64,000 nt of DNA from Trichoplax sp. H2 (taxonomy: Eukaryota), in NCBI GenBank assembly GCA_003344405.1, contig NOWV01000146.1, positions 124,001-188,000 of the forward strand, read 5' to 3'. The notes under the pieces are model-generated. The model searched no databases, had not been told where the DNA came from, and saw nothing but the letters and a program-made list of their open reading frames with translations. The position numbers and the translations under genes are program-made. Positions 1-14,564 of this stretch are shown here, one piece after another; position 1 is the first letter of the stretch, and every line of letters begins with the position of its first letter.

Positions 1-2761
1 TTTGGTAACAAGTAAAGGAAGAGAGGTAGAAAACTATATTATTTATTTGTCATGCTTGCGTTTTAAAGCTAAAGATATTTTTGTTTTTCCAAGATTTTAA
101 CTAAAGCTAAAGAATTGGTGGAAAATGTAAGATATAATAGTCAAACATATTAAATAATGAATATTTCCTTCGTCATATAAAATTACTTAAATCATGTTTC
201 TTTGAATTACAGCAAATGTTATTGGAAGTTATTTATGGTGATACCGATTCAATCATGATAAATACCAATTCAACTAACTTAGACGAAGCTTATAACCTTG
301 GTCATAAAGTGAAAGCAGAAATTAACAAATCCCATAGACTTTTAGAAATAGACATTGACGGTGTCTTCAAATCTATGCTTTTGCTAAAGAAAAAGAAGTA
401 CGATATTTACTACAATATTTATACGAAAAGCTAGATATAACGAAACGATATATTAACTTAATATAATTTCATTTTACAAGGTACGCAGCTCTTGCAATCC
501 AAAAGAATGAAGACGGTAGGAAGTTGTTTTTCGATATCAAAATTTTTCTCTAATAGGCTATTTGATGTCATTTGATCGTTACTTTTTATCTATAGGAACT
601 CTTTCCGAAGTTAAGGAACTGAAAGGCTTAGACATAGTCAGAAGAGATTGGTGTCAATTAGCAAAGGACGTTGGAAAGTAAACACTATGGATACATAAAA
701 TTTATAAATTTAAATCATTTGCTATAACAAGTTTAAAACTTTTCCAGCTACGCCCTATCACAAATTTTATCTTCGGATTCTCGTGAGAATATTGTCGATA
801 AAATTCATTCCTATCTCACTGAAGGTAATTTATTACTATCTTCCTGAAATAATAATTAAGTTAAAACGTTTGTTTATCTTGGAAGTTCTACTTTATTAGC
901 CAGTAAAAACTAAATATTGATGAAAATTTTAAAATTTCGTTTTTGTTTTATAATTAGTTGGAGACGACGTCCGTTCCGGTCGCATCGACATAGATAAATA
1001 CATTATTTTAAAAGTATGTCTTCATATTATACTGGAAGTTAGATATTCTGACTATGGTAAATGTCTATTTGCTTTAAAATTTTAATTCCCCTACTGCCAA
1101 TACAGACTTTGTCGAAGTCGCCTAACGATTACCCTGATAAAAAGAGCTTACCTCATATTCATGTGGCGTTATGGATGCAAACTGAAAATCGTAGAGTGCA
1201 AATTGGTGATGCTGTTCCTTATGTAATTTGTGATGTAAGTGCTGCTACCAAATTATGCACATATATATCCATGGAAAATAATTACTGGATGACAACAGTT
1301 AACTCCTATTGCAACTTAGGATGGATCGCAGTTGAATGTCGCCCAACGAGCCTTCCATCCTGACCAATTTCGCAGATCTGATTCCCTTAAGATTGGTATG
1401 TGCTAAGAATTTTATTCTTGAAATTAAGCTATTATCAATAGTTATTCCGAATTCGAATAGATTCTATCCCTGCGATTTGTGAAATTATAGTAACTTCATT
1501 TTTAATTTACACTTGTTGTATTTGTACCTTTCATGCAGATTTTAAGTATTATCTGGCATATCAAATACACCCCGTTGTTTCACGCCTATGTGATCCTATA
1601 GAGGGTACAGATTCCGCTCGGATAGCTGACTGCTTAGGTATTATATTACGAATTTAAAAAAGTCTGTAGTAGCTGTTGCAAATGATTCTTTGTACTGAAC
1701 AGTTTCTTATGTTTCGCTAGGTTTGGATGGCTCACAATACAAACATAAGAGCTATTCAGCAGAACAAAATGAATCTGATGCCATGCTTGGTGATATGCAT
1801 ATGAGCTTGGAAGAACAGTTTAAGGTTAATTTACAATATTAAGATTAATTGGGAATTCTTATTAATGATTAATATCAATTCTACTATGACACAGAACGTG
1901 GAACCTCTAAAAATTAGTTGTCCGAAATGTAAGGTAACAGAAGATTTTGCCGGTGCATATAATAAGGTAAGGACCAAATACAATTTGTTATTTGCTGCTA
2001 CGTTGTTATATCAATGATATTATCATCAAAAATAATTTACAGACTACGAAGCAATCGGGACTAGTATGTCCTCATTGCAACAGCAACTATAATGTTGTTA
2101 CGATACAGAATAAAGTTGTCTCAGAAATCCGAAAATTTATTAAAACATATTACCAGGTTTGATTGTAATTATCAACCTATTATAATTCGATATATGTAAG
2201 AAGGCAGTATTAAACTGATGTGTATGCTATTAAATATTTTAGAATTGGATGCAATGTGATGATCCATCTTGTGATTATAAAATGCGGCAAGCTCCGTATT
2301 TTATCTCTGGTCGTACTATTCGTTGTCCTGCATGCGAAAGGGGACATCTAACTCTAACGGTAAGATGCTACTGAATAAAAATGTTATCGAAGTTTTACTC
2401 TTTTTATCTTGCCTAAATTGATCATGTTACTATTAGTACTCTGAAAAATCTTTGTACAATCAAATTCTCTACTATCAACATTTATTCGATATCGATCAGA
2501 TTGAAAAGGGGATCCGTATAGGTAATCTATAGGAATTATAGGATATTCAGAAATGAAATTAAATCTTGTGTTAATAACTTACTGTCTTGAATCGGATAAT
2601 TTACTTTTACGTCTTTTGTTATTGATATAGATCAAAATATTAAAGCCGATTTTAAGAATTTGTATGGCACCGTCAACAAGATCATATCGCGCAATGGCTA
2701 TTCAGAAATTAATCTCAGCAAGTTATTCCAACGATTATTTACTGGTCCAGCTAAGCGTTAA
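1..2761 (+). CDS. POLA1: DNA polymerase alpha catalytic subunit, 3' portion (multi-exon; 5' end outside window)
   Basis: Exons joined at GT-AG introns give [37 protein letters not shown] (PolB catalytic motif), [61 protein letters not shown], and C-terminal Cys motifs CPKC/CPHC and CDDPSC/CPAC. Ends ...[21 protein letters not shown] with TAA at 2759-2761. Confidence 0.97.
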
Positions 2762-3689
2762 AAAAGTACCGCTAAAGGCTTCAATTGAGACCAAGCTAAA
2801 TCTGATGAAAGTACTTTACTGTCTTGTCATGAATGTTGTTATTATATTATTATTACTAGTAGATCTGCCTGCATTATTGAAACGTGTTGATGTGGATGGA
2901 TATCATTTGGTATGCCGTGTAATCATTTGATTTCATACTGTAAAGTTTGAAAATTTTTATGTGTATCATCCATTTGACTTTAGGGGCAGGCTAGTACATA
3001 TTATATAGGATTATGTTTGATTTAATATGTACACTAAATATTGCAAGTCTAATGTAATTACTTACACAAAAATGTGTGATAAGTCTATATGCAATACGAT
3101 ATCAGTACGCTGGAATCCTTCAACAAGTACAGCATACATTCTATACTGTAGCTTAATAAAGGGTGCATTGCAATTTGTTAACCTAGTCTAGATTGACCAC
3201 CTATGCAATTGGAATCAGAAGAGAATTCAGTTTCATCCGATAGCAACCTCCTACAAAACGATTATACTCTTCTAACCGGACACTGTAAACAGTGCTATTT
3301 TCGGAGAGATGGAGCGCGAAAATCTGGATAGATCGAATCTACTACCTAGGATAATTTACATCATTGTCATTGACTTCTAAATTATCTATAAAAACATTAC
3401 GCAGTCATTGCCGAAATAGATAATACCATATATCCTGGTATCACACGTCTAGCATAGCTGTAGTCTACATACAGTGCTACTGTATGTAAGGCAAATTAAC
3501 ATTCCATGCTATTGCAAATAAATCATTTTAGAGAGCGAAACAGTACCAAGACCTGCATGCTGCATTAGTTCACAGAAAGGTTACTCAAGACCTCCAAGAT
3601 TTTACTCTAACTCCAGGTGTTTTGCTGAAACGGCTTAGCCTGTTAGACTCTGTATCCATTGCAGTTGGTACCAAGCTAGAGCTTCAAAG

Positions 3690-4262
3690 AACTTTGCTAC
3701 GATTGAAAGTTTTTTTCCACCTTATGCTGAAATAGCTCAGCTAGAAGCACTTGTTAGAGCATACTGTCGTTCTCAAGTCATTTAATAAACACTACGTGTT
3801 CACTTGTTTCTGAAATAGCTCAGTTATTAGGCGTATCGTAGTTATTAGAACGTACTCAGTAGCGTTTAGTACTAAAGTTACAGTAAACTTCCTTAATGCA
3901 AGATTGAAAGTTCTTCTTCATCTGTTGCTGCAACAACTTAACCGATCAACAATTTCAATTGGTGCAGAGCATCCAACTTTTAGCAAGACGGAGACAGCTC
4001 GGCTAATAGTACTGATTAATGATTTCGAACTAGAATGGACTCAGTAGCGTGCAGCACTCATTTTCAGTCAACTTTCTTCAAGATTGAAAGTTTTTTTCAT
4101 CTGCTGCTATAGCTAAACAGATAGCATCATTCTTCTTTGGTGCAGAGCATCCTCGTTGCAGTAAACTTTTAGTAAGACTGAGACAGCTCAGCAAATGGTC
4201 CTTGTAAATTATAACTAGAATCCACTCAGTAACATGTAGTACTAAAGTTTCAGTAAACTTCA
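3690..4262. repeat. ~3 diverged tandem copies of a ~180-200 bp non-coding unit
   Basis: GATTGAAAGTT recurs at 3701, 3902, 4082; ACTCAGTA(G/A)C at ~3854, 4039, 4224; GGTGCAGAGCATCC at 3961 and 4139; GAGACAGCTC at 3991 and 4180. Confidence 0.8.
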
Positions 4263-4319
4263 TCTAATTTTAAAAATGGGAAAATCGATACAGATTCTCT
4301 TCCATTTCACTGACATTTG

Positions 4320-4996
4320 TAATATACTGTACAGCGGCCGAGGAGGACCGACATGTTGCAATCAACCACGGTAGCATGACCGTAATAAGGTCAAAGCAAA
4401 GGCCGCGCGGTTGAGTGTACACAGTACAGTGTCACGTGTAAAATCCATGATATCGTATTTGCGATGGCGTGGGAGATATTCTATTTCGTGTACAACAACA
4501 TTATGCCATACAAGCCAACAATATCACCACCCCAGCGGCATTCTTCCATATTCATACACGATCAAGGACTACGAAAAGGAAAGAAATTTCTAGTTTTTAG
4601 CAGTCTATGATCAATTTGAAGTGACCACTGAATGGAATCTCAAAGCTATCCTATAACTATACAAGGATCCATTCCTGAGTAAAACGAATGTCATCATTTT
4701 GTAGTACTCTGTAGGCCAATGACAGACATAACCTACTTCATCCACTACAGACCATACAACACTGGTCAAAAGTGTGTACGACGTGTTCCGGTACGGTACC
4801 ATATAGTCAGTCGCAGTGAAAGTCTACTGGGAGTCTGTCGTCGAAGCATGACACCTCAAGACCACAGTGTGGTCTAGAGTCTGTAAGCAACCAAACTTTG
4901 GCGCCAAAGTCAACGCTTGCGTAGTACTAAAGCACTCGTCCACACTAGAAGATCCCTCATACCCCGGCAACCCAGGCTGCAGGTCGTTCTTCCAAG
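4320..4996. promoter_or_regulatory. probable promoter/5' UTR region of IPO5 (possibly bidirectional)
   Basis: Locally GC-richer sequence directly upstream of the IPO5 ATG; GTCACGTG E-box at 4431-4438; TACTGTACAG/ACAGTACAGT motifs at ~4325 and ~4421. Confidence 0.45.
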
Positions 4997-7900
4997 ATGG
5001 AGTACAACAAGTCTTTTGACGATCTCCTAAGCAATTTAATGCTAGCTGACAATGATATTAGAAATGCTGCTGAGGTTTGTCTTATTATCTAGTACGATTC
5101 TATCTTAAGATATTGAATAACTCTGTAAATTTGGACCCAAAATCAAAACCCATTTAAAGTATCTAGCTTGCCATTTCTGTCTACAATTTTGGGATCCGCT
5201 GATTGTACTCTACCTCTTACTTACCATGCAGTATAATATCCAGTATGTTGTAGTCCACCTCGCTAGGGACAGTACGGACAATCTGTACATCAAATCGTCT
5301 TGATTTAATAACGTATGATATCTAACAATGAATGATCTTGGGACATTTTTATACTATTCGATCTGTATGGAGCTTTTGGATGATTCAATCCCGCTCGATC
5401 TACTTACAACATACTAGTTGATGAAGCGTGTAAAATCTTTCTTGGTCACTGGAAAGAGTTAACGCCTGCATTGAGTCAGTCAGAATCCCCACTAGGATCC
5501 AAGCTCATGGAAGAGAATTCTGAACTTGGCGCGTTCTTTCTTCCCATTTGACTCATCGTTCCACCAAGTAGAACGGATTTCAAATTTCAATCTGTTTTTT
5601 CTATCCTCTTTTATTAGCGACCGTTACTCTCGATTACTAGGCATAAAATGGACTGCAGATTAATTTCTTCATCAATGAAGCGATATCAGAATATAGAATC
5701 CCACGCCTTAACACTCATGCTGCGGTAGTACTGCTATCCGATCGTTGTACAGTAGGATATAAATGTGGACTTAAAAGAGAGTAGGGAAAAAATAGAGAAC
5801 ATACATGGTTTTACTACTTCTTAACAACACACCGATTATCGCAATCGTCCTACTCTTCATCTGATACCACTGACTAAACTCCGTCGGATCAAGTCCGAAA
5901 TACGTCTATCGATGAAAAGTCCATACCCATACATCCTACAATGTCGACAATAATGAGCGAACTTGCCTTGACTACAGATTGTCCGGAAGTTGATATAATA
6001 TCGTACAGTATTGCAAATCTTGCATTGAATACTTTTTTCTACTCCATATTGTAATGCATACCAATTTATCCAGTCTTGGTAAAATCTGCAATATACTAAT
6101 CGCAAGGATCAATCAAGCAAAGTGTGATATCGTGCTAGAACTACTTTTCCAACTAATTTATTCTGTAAGTTCTTTACCCTTAAAATGAAATTTCGCGCGA
6201 GTTGCTTATTATTTTAATGAGAATGGAGACCCTAGCAGTACGGTAACGCTGACCCCTGTGTCTGATACATACGTGACGCATAGTCATGATGGTATCGAGC
6301 CATCAATTGACCGTTTGTTACACCCAATGTCGACGATTTCACACGCCCCTCTTGTCCACGACTAGGTAGTATTATGGTAGTACTATAGCATGGTGATAGA
6401 GTCCAGGGAGGACTTCAACGCTCTGTCCTACTCCCCAAAAAAGGATGTCAAAACTCTCATCTTCAAAATAAAGAAGAGAAAATAGTAGTAAGTGTACGAT
6501 CGGTGACTTAATATCATTTTGATGGGAAAGGAAGATTTGAGTAGCTCGTGGTAAATCATTTCATGCATCTTCACTACAGTACACTGTATCGATTGGGGAA
6601 GACTGTCTTCACCAATAGCTTGCATAGAAAAGATTGATATTTCTATTGTAAGAAATTGAGTGCTTGATAGTGTTTTTCACTATAATTTTACTTTCTCCAT
6701 ATTGTATTTACCCATCGCACTAGACCTAAATTTAGTCCATTGAAGAAAATAAGATTTAATCGACTATTAATTAATCTGAAGCATTGACAAAAGCCAATCC
6801 ATTTCTTGTCTGATTCACAAGGCATGTTAGCTACGGACATGCGGACTGAACAGAAATTCGGTACTGTACGAACTTGCAATCATTTTCCAAAATAGCCAAC
6901 TGAGACACCAGTTATATTCATGGCTAGAATAAATATACTTACTGATGCACAAAAATGGCTGCTAGATGATTGCTAGTATATCGATAACGTTATCCTATCG
7001 ACCTGTTCTATAACTTGCTATTCAAACTTGGCGATGTTTAGTTCTTACAAAATAAAAGACAGCACATCACAGTAGCCAAGACTACAGGGGAAATGGGGAT
7101 TTTTAACACTTTATACTAAAATGAATATTAAATGTTACTTGTAGAATATGGCAAAATCGAATCCCTGTAATGAAACATCTCTTGACACCAGGCAGAGATC
7201 GCTTTTTGCAACAAGTTATTCACTATTCAAAATTATATATTATTTATAGAGATGCATCCCTACTAAACAGGAAATACTCCTGTTCATACCATCGTTATTG
7301 TAACTGGCATTTTAATAATCATTAATACGAGTCACTGGAAATTTTCCGATCGTGGCCACATATTCTGTATACCCCCATTTCTAGCGATGCACAGGTTGGA
7401 TACTGTTGATCCATACATCAAAACTATAAATTAATTAACGGACCATACAGCAGGGGTACAGCGTGGATGTGCACGTAATACCTATCGATTGCAACCGCTT
7501 GATTAAAGACTAACATACTTTTTGCATGTTTTCATTTTTTAACAGCAACAATATTCCAATTTTCCATTCTCTACAAAATTGCCTATGCTAATTCAATCCA
7601 TACGAAATTCTCCAAACATCGAGGTAAAGATCTCTAGTAATATAGTATCAAAATAGAAATTCCTTAACTAAATACACGTATGGTTGAAAAGTAGTAATAG
7701 ACATTATTACTTTGTCAGCTCAACGTAGTATGACAACCAATATTTTTCAAAGCTATTATCACTTATTATATAAATCTAATTACTAATTATATTGTTATAG
7801 AATCGACAATTAGCTGCCGTCCTTTTTAGAAAAGTTTTAAATGACAAGAACGATGAATATAGAAAATTAGATGAGTCTTCTCAGCAATACTGCAAGACGG

Positions 7901-10900
7901 AATTATTAACAGCACTTCAAAGCGAAGAAAGCGATTTAGTGAGACGAAAAGTCTGTGATGCTGTCGCCGAATTAGCTCGACTTTATGTTGGTTAGTAAAT
8001 CTACGTATAGGCTATTTTTCTGTGCTTAAATGAAATTACAAATTATCCTTTTATACGTTGAATTTTATTAATTACAGATGAGTTAATATTATGACGTGCG
8101 AAATGGTAGTAATTAATTAATTACTTGATAATTTAGTCACCTTACGCGTGATGTTAAAATCTCTTAAAATAGCACTTGCACACTAACATTCCCTCTACTC
8201 AAAACCATTGGCTCTCTATATCTATTATAAAGTCATTCTACTTGTAGTATACGATAAAAAATAAAGCAGTTAACCTGTTCTACAGTATTGATACACTACA
8301 TGCAATACTCATATTGAACACACCTATTGTAGCCTAACTCATTTGAAAGAGTACGCTCTGATACCATACTAGACTATAGATCGACCTTAACTTATTGCAT
8401 GCCCACGGAAGGTTTCAATAACTAAAAAAATTGCCAAGATCACTGCTCTCACTCAAGCACAATACAACGCTCAAGCTGAAGTATTCTTGCTTGATAAAAT
8501 AATAAAAGTGATAGAGAGTAACTGTATCTCTTGGCTTGAATCTGTAGTTTTGAAGCGAGTAAATAATTACAATCAACAATCGCTCGATAGAAAATGCTTA
8601 ATTTTGAAGACGTAGACCAAAAAAAGCTAAATGTAATGATTACAACATTCATAGCTTTCTCTTAGACGGTTATTCCTCCTGATAATTTATCCCTACTGAG
8701 TATCACCGAGCGATATTTTATTACAGATATAATTATTACGCAATTTTAAATTCTAATATTTTTATATAAGCATACCGCTATGGCTTGTAAAAATTGTGCT
8801 ACTATGATACAGTTTAATACCTAATATTATGAATATTCAGAAATTTTCCATTTTGTGATAACTAGACGACGACAACCAAAACCTATGGCCTGAAATACTG
8901 CAATTTTTGTTTCAATTTGCTAACTCTCCAAATTTATCTCATAAGGAAGTTGCCTTACAAATCTTTCGGTAAATGTGATTTTATTAGTGTTTGTAATTAG
9001 TGTTTAGGTTAATATTTTTTGCTCAAAGTGTTCAGATATGGCACGCCTGGTGTATTTACTAATACTAATGATAAAAACGTAGGATAAAAGTTTGGTTTCA
9101 TATAATTTTTACACACGGCTACCATCTATTAATCAACAAGGACATGTAGACTTTATAAAATAGATTTCGATGCTGTCGCTTATATTATTTATTGATACTA
9201 AACTCTTTCCGGTATTAATGCCTGATTTTATTCTATTATCATAGTAACTTCCCAACGATATTTGGTAATCAACAAACTCACTATTTAGAAGTCATTAAAA
9301 GAATGCTATTTCAGTGTATGTCAGATACAACCAATCACAAGGTTAGTTTAATAGCTAGCGATCTTTCTCATGTGCAACATTTAAAGTTATTCACAATGAT
9401 CTCATTGCTGTTAAGTTTTTTTGGTTAATAAACTTATCCAATTCTATAGATGTACTCATAGACTAAATGTTAACCATGGTATTTATTAATAAATGCTATA
9501 CAATATCAATTGTTGTCCAATTGTTATCGCAGATTGCATATTTAGCTGTCGATGCCACTACTGCGTTTTTAATGGTAAATGATAACGATCAACTACGTAG
9601 ACATTTTCAAGATATGGTACCACCGATATTAACGGTAATTCTAGAATGGTTCTTAGATTTTACGTAATCTGCTGTATAAGTAACGTTATCATTTTGATTA
9701 CTTTCTATCACAGGTCGTTCAAATGTGTCTAGCTAAAACCGACGATGACAGTCCGTTAAAAAATTTAATCGAAATTGCTGAAGCAATACCGAAAATAATC
9801 AGGCCTCATTTGAATGACTTAGCTGTTGAATTAATAAAGGTACAGATTTTTATCTACTGATTTCATCAGAGTTGAATAACTGGAATTATGAATTCGAATT
9901 ATATAAATATTACGCTTGTTATAGAATATCAGCAATTCGCAAGCAGAAAGCAACTATAGACAATTATCTCTGGAAGTATTAGTGACTTTAGCTGAATCAG
10001 GTAGATACATCACAGCAATACTTTTTTGCTCGTACAACAGTTTGTTATCATCAGAGTACTAAATAGTTTACTTTCATTTATTGCATACATTTTTTTTTAC
10101 AGCCCCAGCTATGATGAGAAAACACGGACAAATTATTATACAATTGAGTAAGTAATTCTATTTCTTTTCTTAATTCTACAAGATGTAAAATTGCAATCGC
10201 ACGCAATAATTAACGATTTAAAATCTGCACTAAAACCTCTATACCTAATATTTTTATCTGATAGTACCCCAGTGTTTGTCAATGATGATAGATCTGGAGG
10301 ATGATCCTGAATGGAGTGCTTGGGATAATAGTGATGATCCGGAAGATTCTGACAGGTAAGCCTTATTATTGTTAAATTTCTTTATAATGTCAATAGAAAA
10401 TTTCGCTTACGTCTTGTTTACTAAAAATGGAATAGCAACCCTATCGTGGCTGAATTTGCTCTCGATCGTTTAGCTATGGCACTTGGTGGTAAAGCCATTT
10501 TACCTCATATTGTCAGTGTTGTACCACAAATGTTGCAAAATGGTGAGTAGTTACTGATGTAGCAATTATTTGGCCAACTTATACTAACGCTATAAAATAT
10601 CACTTACGTTACATAGGAGATTGGCGATATAAGTATGCTGGATTAATGGCTATATCGGCTGTTGCGGATGGATGCCAGAAACAAATGATGCAACTTTTAA
10701 CCAATGTAGTCATGACAATACTTCCGTTTTTAAAAGATGAGGTTAGCATTTGTACTGCTTTATTATCCAATATCATGTAAGATTTATAAATTGACGCAAA
10801 TCTCAAATCAAATATAATCTAGCATCCTCGTGTCCGCTACGCTGCCTGCAACGCGATTGGACAAATGTCAACTGATTTCGCAGAATACTTCCAAAAAAAA

Positions 10901-13900
10901 TTTCATGATAAGGTATCAACAAATTTGTTACATTTATCTGTTTTGATTATATTATATATATATATTTATTGTACCCGATATGAAAAATTTTTAAATACTA
11001 TTATGATATTTTAGGTCCTTCCGCAATTGCTGGATCTCATGGATGATATCGCAAATCCTCGTGTACAAGCTCACGCATGTGCTGCGCTCTATCATTTTTG
11101 TGACGACTGCCCATCCCATATCCTGAAAATTTATCTGGAGCCAATAGCTATCAAGTTAAAAGCATTATTACAATCAAAGCTTCAGGAGGTATCTGATTTA
11201 TTGATCTACGGTATATAAATGTTCTGTCAACTTAAATTTTCCCAGTACATAACGTTATACGTATCTTTAAATATGTAGCTAATGCAGCAAGGTACTAAAA
11301 ATGTCCTGGAACAAGCGATTACGGCAATATCTACCGTAGCACAGAGAGCTGAAGGGAACTTTTTACCTTACTATGATCACTTCATGCCTAGTCTAAAGTT
11401 CATAATACAAAGTGCTACTACTCCTGAATATCGTTTACTGCGTGGTAAAACTATTGAATGTGTCAGCTTTATTGGCTTAGCTGTTGGTACCGATAAGGTA
11501 CATTCTTGTTCTCAAATTTAAACAAACTAATACATCTTCTCACTACCTTTATCATTTCAAATATCAAAATTCTAAATAATTTACAAATTTTTGAATTGTT
11601 ATGTAGTTCCTGTACGATGCCAATGATGTTATGCAGTTACTTCTCAAAACACAAACTGGTGATATCGAAATGACAGATGATGATCCACAGGTTAGTAATA
11701 TAGTATTGGCCTTGCTCGGATAATCGCGTTTTTCATAAATTTTAAGTATTTTATTCAAACCCATAATTAAAATAGGTTTCATATATGATGACGGCTTGGG
11801 CTCGAATTTGCAAGATACTTGGAAAGCAATTTGTCCAGTACCTACCAGTTGTAATGCCGCCTTTAATAAAAGCTGCTTCTGCCAAGCCTGAAGTTGCAAT
11901 ATTTGATGGTTAGTTGAATATGCGTAAAACCGTTCAGTCTTAGTGATGCTTGGAATTTACAATTACTATATCAATTATTAATTACAGAAGACGATGAAAA
12001 AGCTCAAGACGACGGATGGGAATTTGTAAAAATTGGGGAGCAGGTACACAATTTAATAACTTTTAATATTACATCTGATATCAACTATTCAAAATTTTAA
12101 TTTTATTATTACCGATTAATTTAGCAAAAGTTTGGAATAAAAACCGCTGGCCTCGATGATAAGGGAACAGCCTGTCAGATGTTGGTATGCTATGCCAAAG
12201 AATTAAAAGATGGATTTGTTGATTACGTGGAAGAGGTTAGTAGCATGTAACAATGTAGATACTATGCATAAATTAGCACTATAGTAAAATAAAATTGACC
12301 GCTCTCCTTGATAGGTTACAAAGATAATGGTCCCGCTTATGAAATTTTACCTGCATGAAGATATCCTAATACTATTTCTTATAAAACTGATTTATTATTA
12401 TAATAAATGTAATCTTCTACACTAATTTGATCCTTAACAAAGGACACGTGTTAGAGGTGCAGCTATAGAATCATTACCTTACCTCATTGAAAGCGCTAAA
12501 TTTAAAGGTACTTGATTACGATTACTTAAATGATCCTTATAATTATTTTCAATGAGAGCTAGAAATAATGCTTAAACTACCACATTACAGGTGGTCTTGT
12601 AACGCAAATATGGCAGTTTGTGTTGGAAGAGATTTTTCAGGCTATTAAAATGGAACCTGAACCTGAAATGCTAGCCAATATATTAGACTCTTTTGCTAAG
12701 GTTGGTTAAATAGGAACTGTTATAGTCTAGATTATATATAATTATAAATATCGTGACGCGAGCTATCATTAATGCATCTATCTTTCACTTCGTTAGTGTA
12801 TCGAATCATTAGGAAAAGGATGTGTAAACGGCAAAGATATGGAAAAGCTGACAGAGATTATACATGAACAAATCAAGAAATTGCAGACTAATGCTCAATT
12901 GCGACAAGGTAGACTTTATTGATGATGTCTTCGAATTGCCTTCAAGTTATGCATTTTAATCTTTATTCATCACAGAATTACGCGGCGATGAAGACTATGA
13001 TGAAGAAGTTGAAGAAAATCTTCAAGAAGAGGTAGCAGATAATATTCAAAATTAGAATAAATTCAAGGCGGTACTAAATAATAATAATATTTCTAATGTT
13101 ATTTATATTTGTTATTTATATTTGATAGAATGAATGTGACTCGGAAGTACTTGGAAAGGTGAACGATTACATTACTTTTGAATTATTCCTATCAAAGGAT
13201 TAAAATTTCTTAACCAGTATTTTCTTTGCTGTACTAGGTTACAGATCTAATTCATGTACTGTTTAAAACTTACGGTCAAGAATTCTTACCAGTTTTCGAC
13301 AAGTTATTGCCGGACTTTGCTGGTTTAATTGTACGTATGCATTTGTTAGGATTTTGGCAGTTACGTTAAGATCAGCTAAATCAGACCATAAAATTGTAAA
13401 TCTAAATTCTGATTTACTTCCCTAGACGCCTGATCGAAACTGGCAGGAGAGGCAGTGGGCGATTTGCGCATTTGATGACTTGATTGAATATACTGGAAAT
13501 GTTAGAAGCCTTTTAATGTTATAATTGCGTAAATTACAGTTTAATTATTCCTATACAATAGCTTGACTGACCTTGTACTTTAATAATTATTATCAATTAG
13601 GCCTCTTTTGCTTATCACGGATATTTCTTGGAACAGTATATTAATAGTATTACTGATGTTCATTGTGAAATTCGACAGGTAAAAGCCAGTTTAGTGTATT
13701 TACATTTTTTCAGCTTTATTTTAATAAATTATTTGATATTTTATGTAGTCGGCGTCATATGGCTGCGGCATTATCGCACAATTTGGAGGGGAAGAATATT
13801 CTAAGTTTATACCAGGTCTACTTAAATTTGTATTTCATGCTGATTATTCTAATCAATTTAATTTCAAGCTACGACTAAATATATGCCGCATGGTGACTCA

Positions 13901-14564
13901 TTTTAAAGTTGTCTATAAATAAATTATTCATGTTTTTCCCTTAGAATTTGTTCCACCTTTACTTAAAGTTATTACCGATGCATCAGCTAAAGAAATAGAA
14001 AACTTGACTGCGACAGAAAATGCAATTTCGGCTATCGTTAAAATTTGTGTATATAGATCGAATTTGATAGATGTGAACTTAATCCTAGCACAGTTTCTTA
14101 ATTGGTTACCTATAACTGAAGACGAATTGGAAGCACCTCACATTTACGGTTTCCTTTGTAATTTGGTTGAAAGGTTGGTCAAATGCCTACTTTGCTGGAA
14201 CATTATTTTGTCATTCTTTGTCGTCTGACTATTTCTATATTTCTATATTATTTTTTGGGCAACAGCAATAACGAGATAATTTTGGGCAAAGACAACTGTA
14301 ACCTTCCTAGAATTTTATCAATATTTGCATCTGCTTTTATAACCGGTATTCTAGCCGATGATGTTAATACTAAAACAAGAATGGAAACCATTGTTAATCA
14401 AATTAAGGTAACGTGGCCGTCGTTGGCTTGATTAAATAATAATTTTTTGAATCGTAAACTTTCAATAAACTTTTCATCTTTATACGAAAATTTAGTCTGT
14501 CCCAGAAATGTGGAACTCTTGCCTACAACACCTTCCGGAAAGTGATAGGCAGATTTTTCAATAA
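4997..14564 (+). CDS. IPO5: importin-5 (karyopherin beta-3/RanBP5), ~32 exons
   Basis: Exon 1 4997-5074 [26 protein letters not shown], then 7546-7623, 7801-7990 ([13 protein letters not shown]), and further exons with [116 protein letters not shown]. Last exon 14496-14564 ends at TAA. Confidence 0.96.
12361..12447 (+). other. U12-type (minor spliceosome) AT-AC intron in IPO5, 87 nt
   Basis: 5' end ATATCCTA, branch site TCCTTAAC at 12431-12438, 3' end AC at 12446-12447. Removal restores [26 protein letters not shown] in frame, matching importin-5 LKFYFHDGVR. Confidence 0.93.

Noticed and set aside
4078-4263. 61-aa minus ORF ending in TGA as a selenoprotein
   Set aside because: The TGA lies inside the SECIS-like hairpin, readthrough hits a stop after ~15 codons, and sister repeats are frameshifted.
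7659-7670. TTCCTTAAC U12-like branch site in IPO5 intron 2
   Set aside because: Donor is GTAAAG and the motif is ~130 nt from the acceptor, so this is a normal U2 intron.
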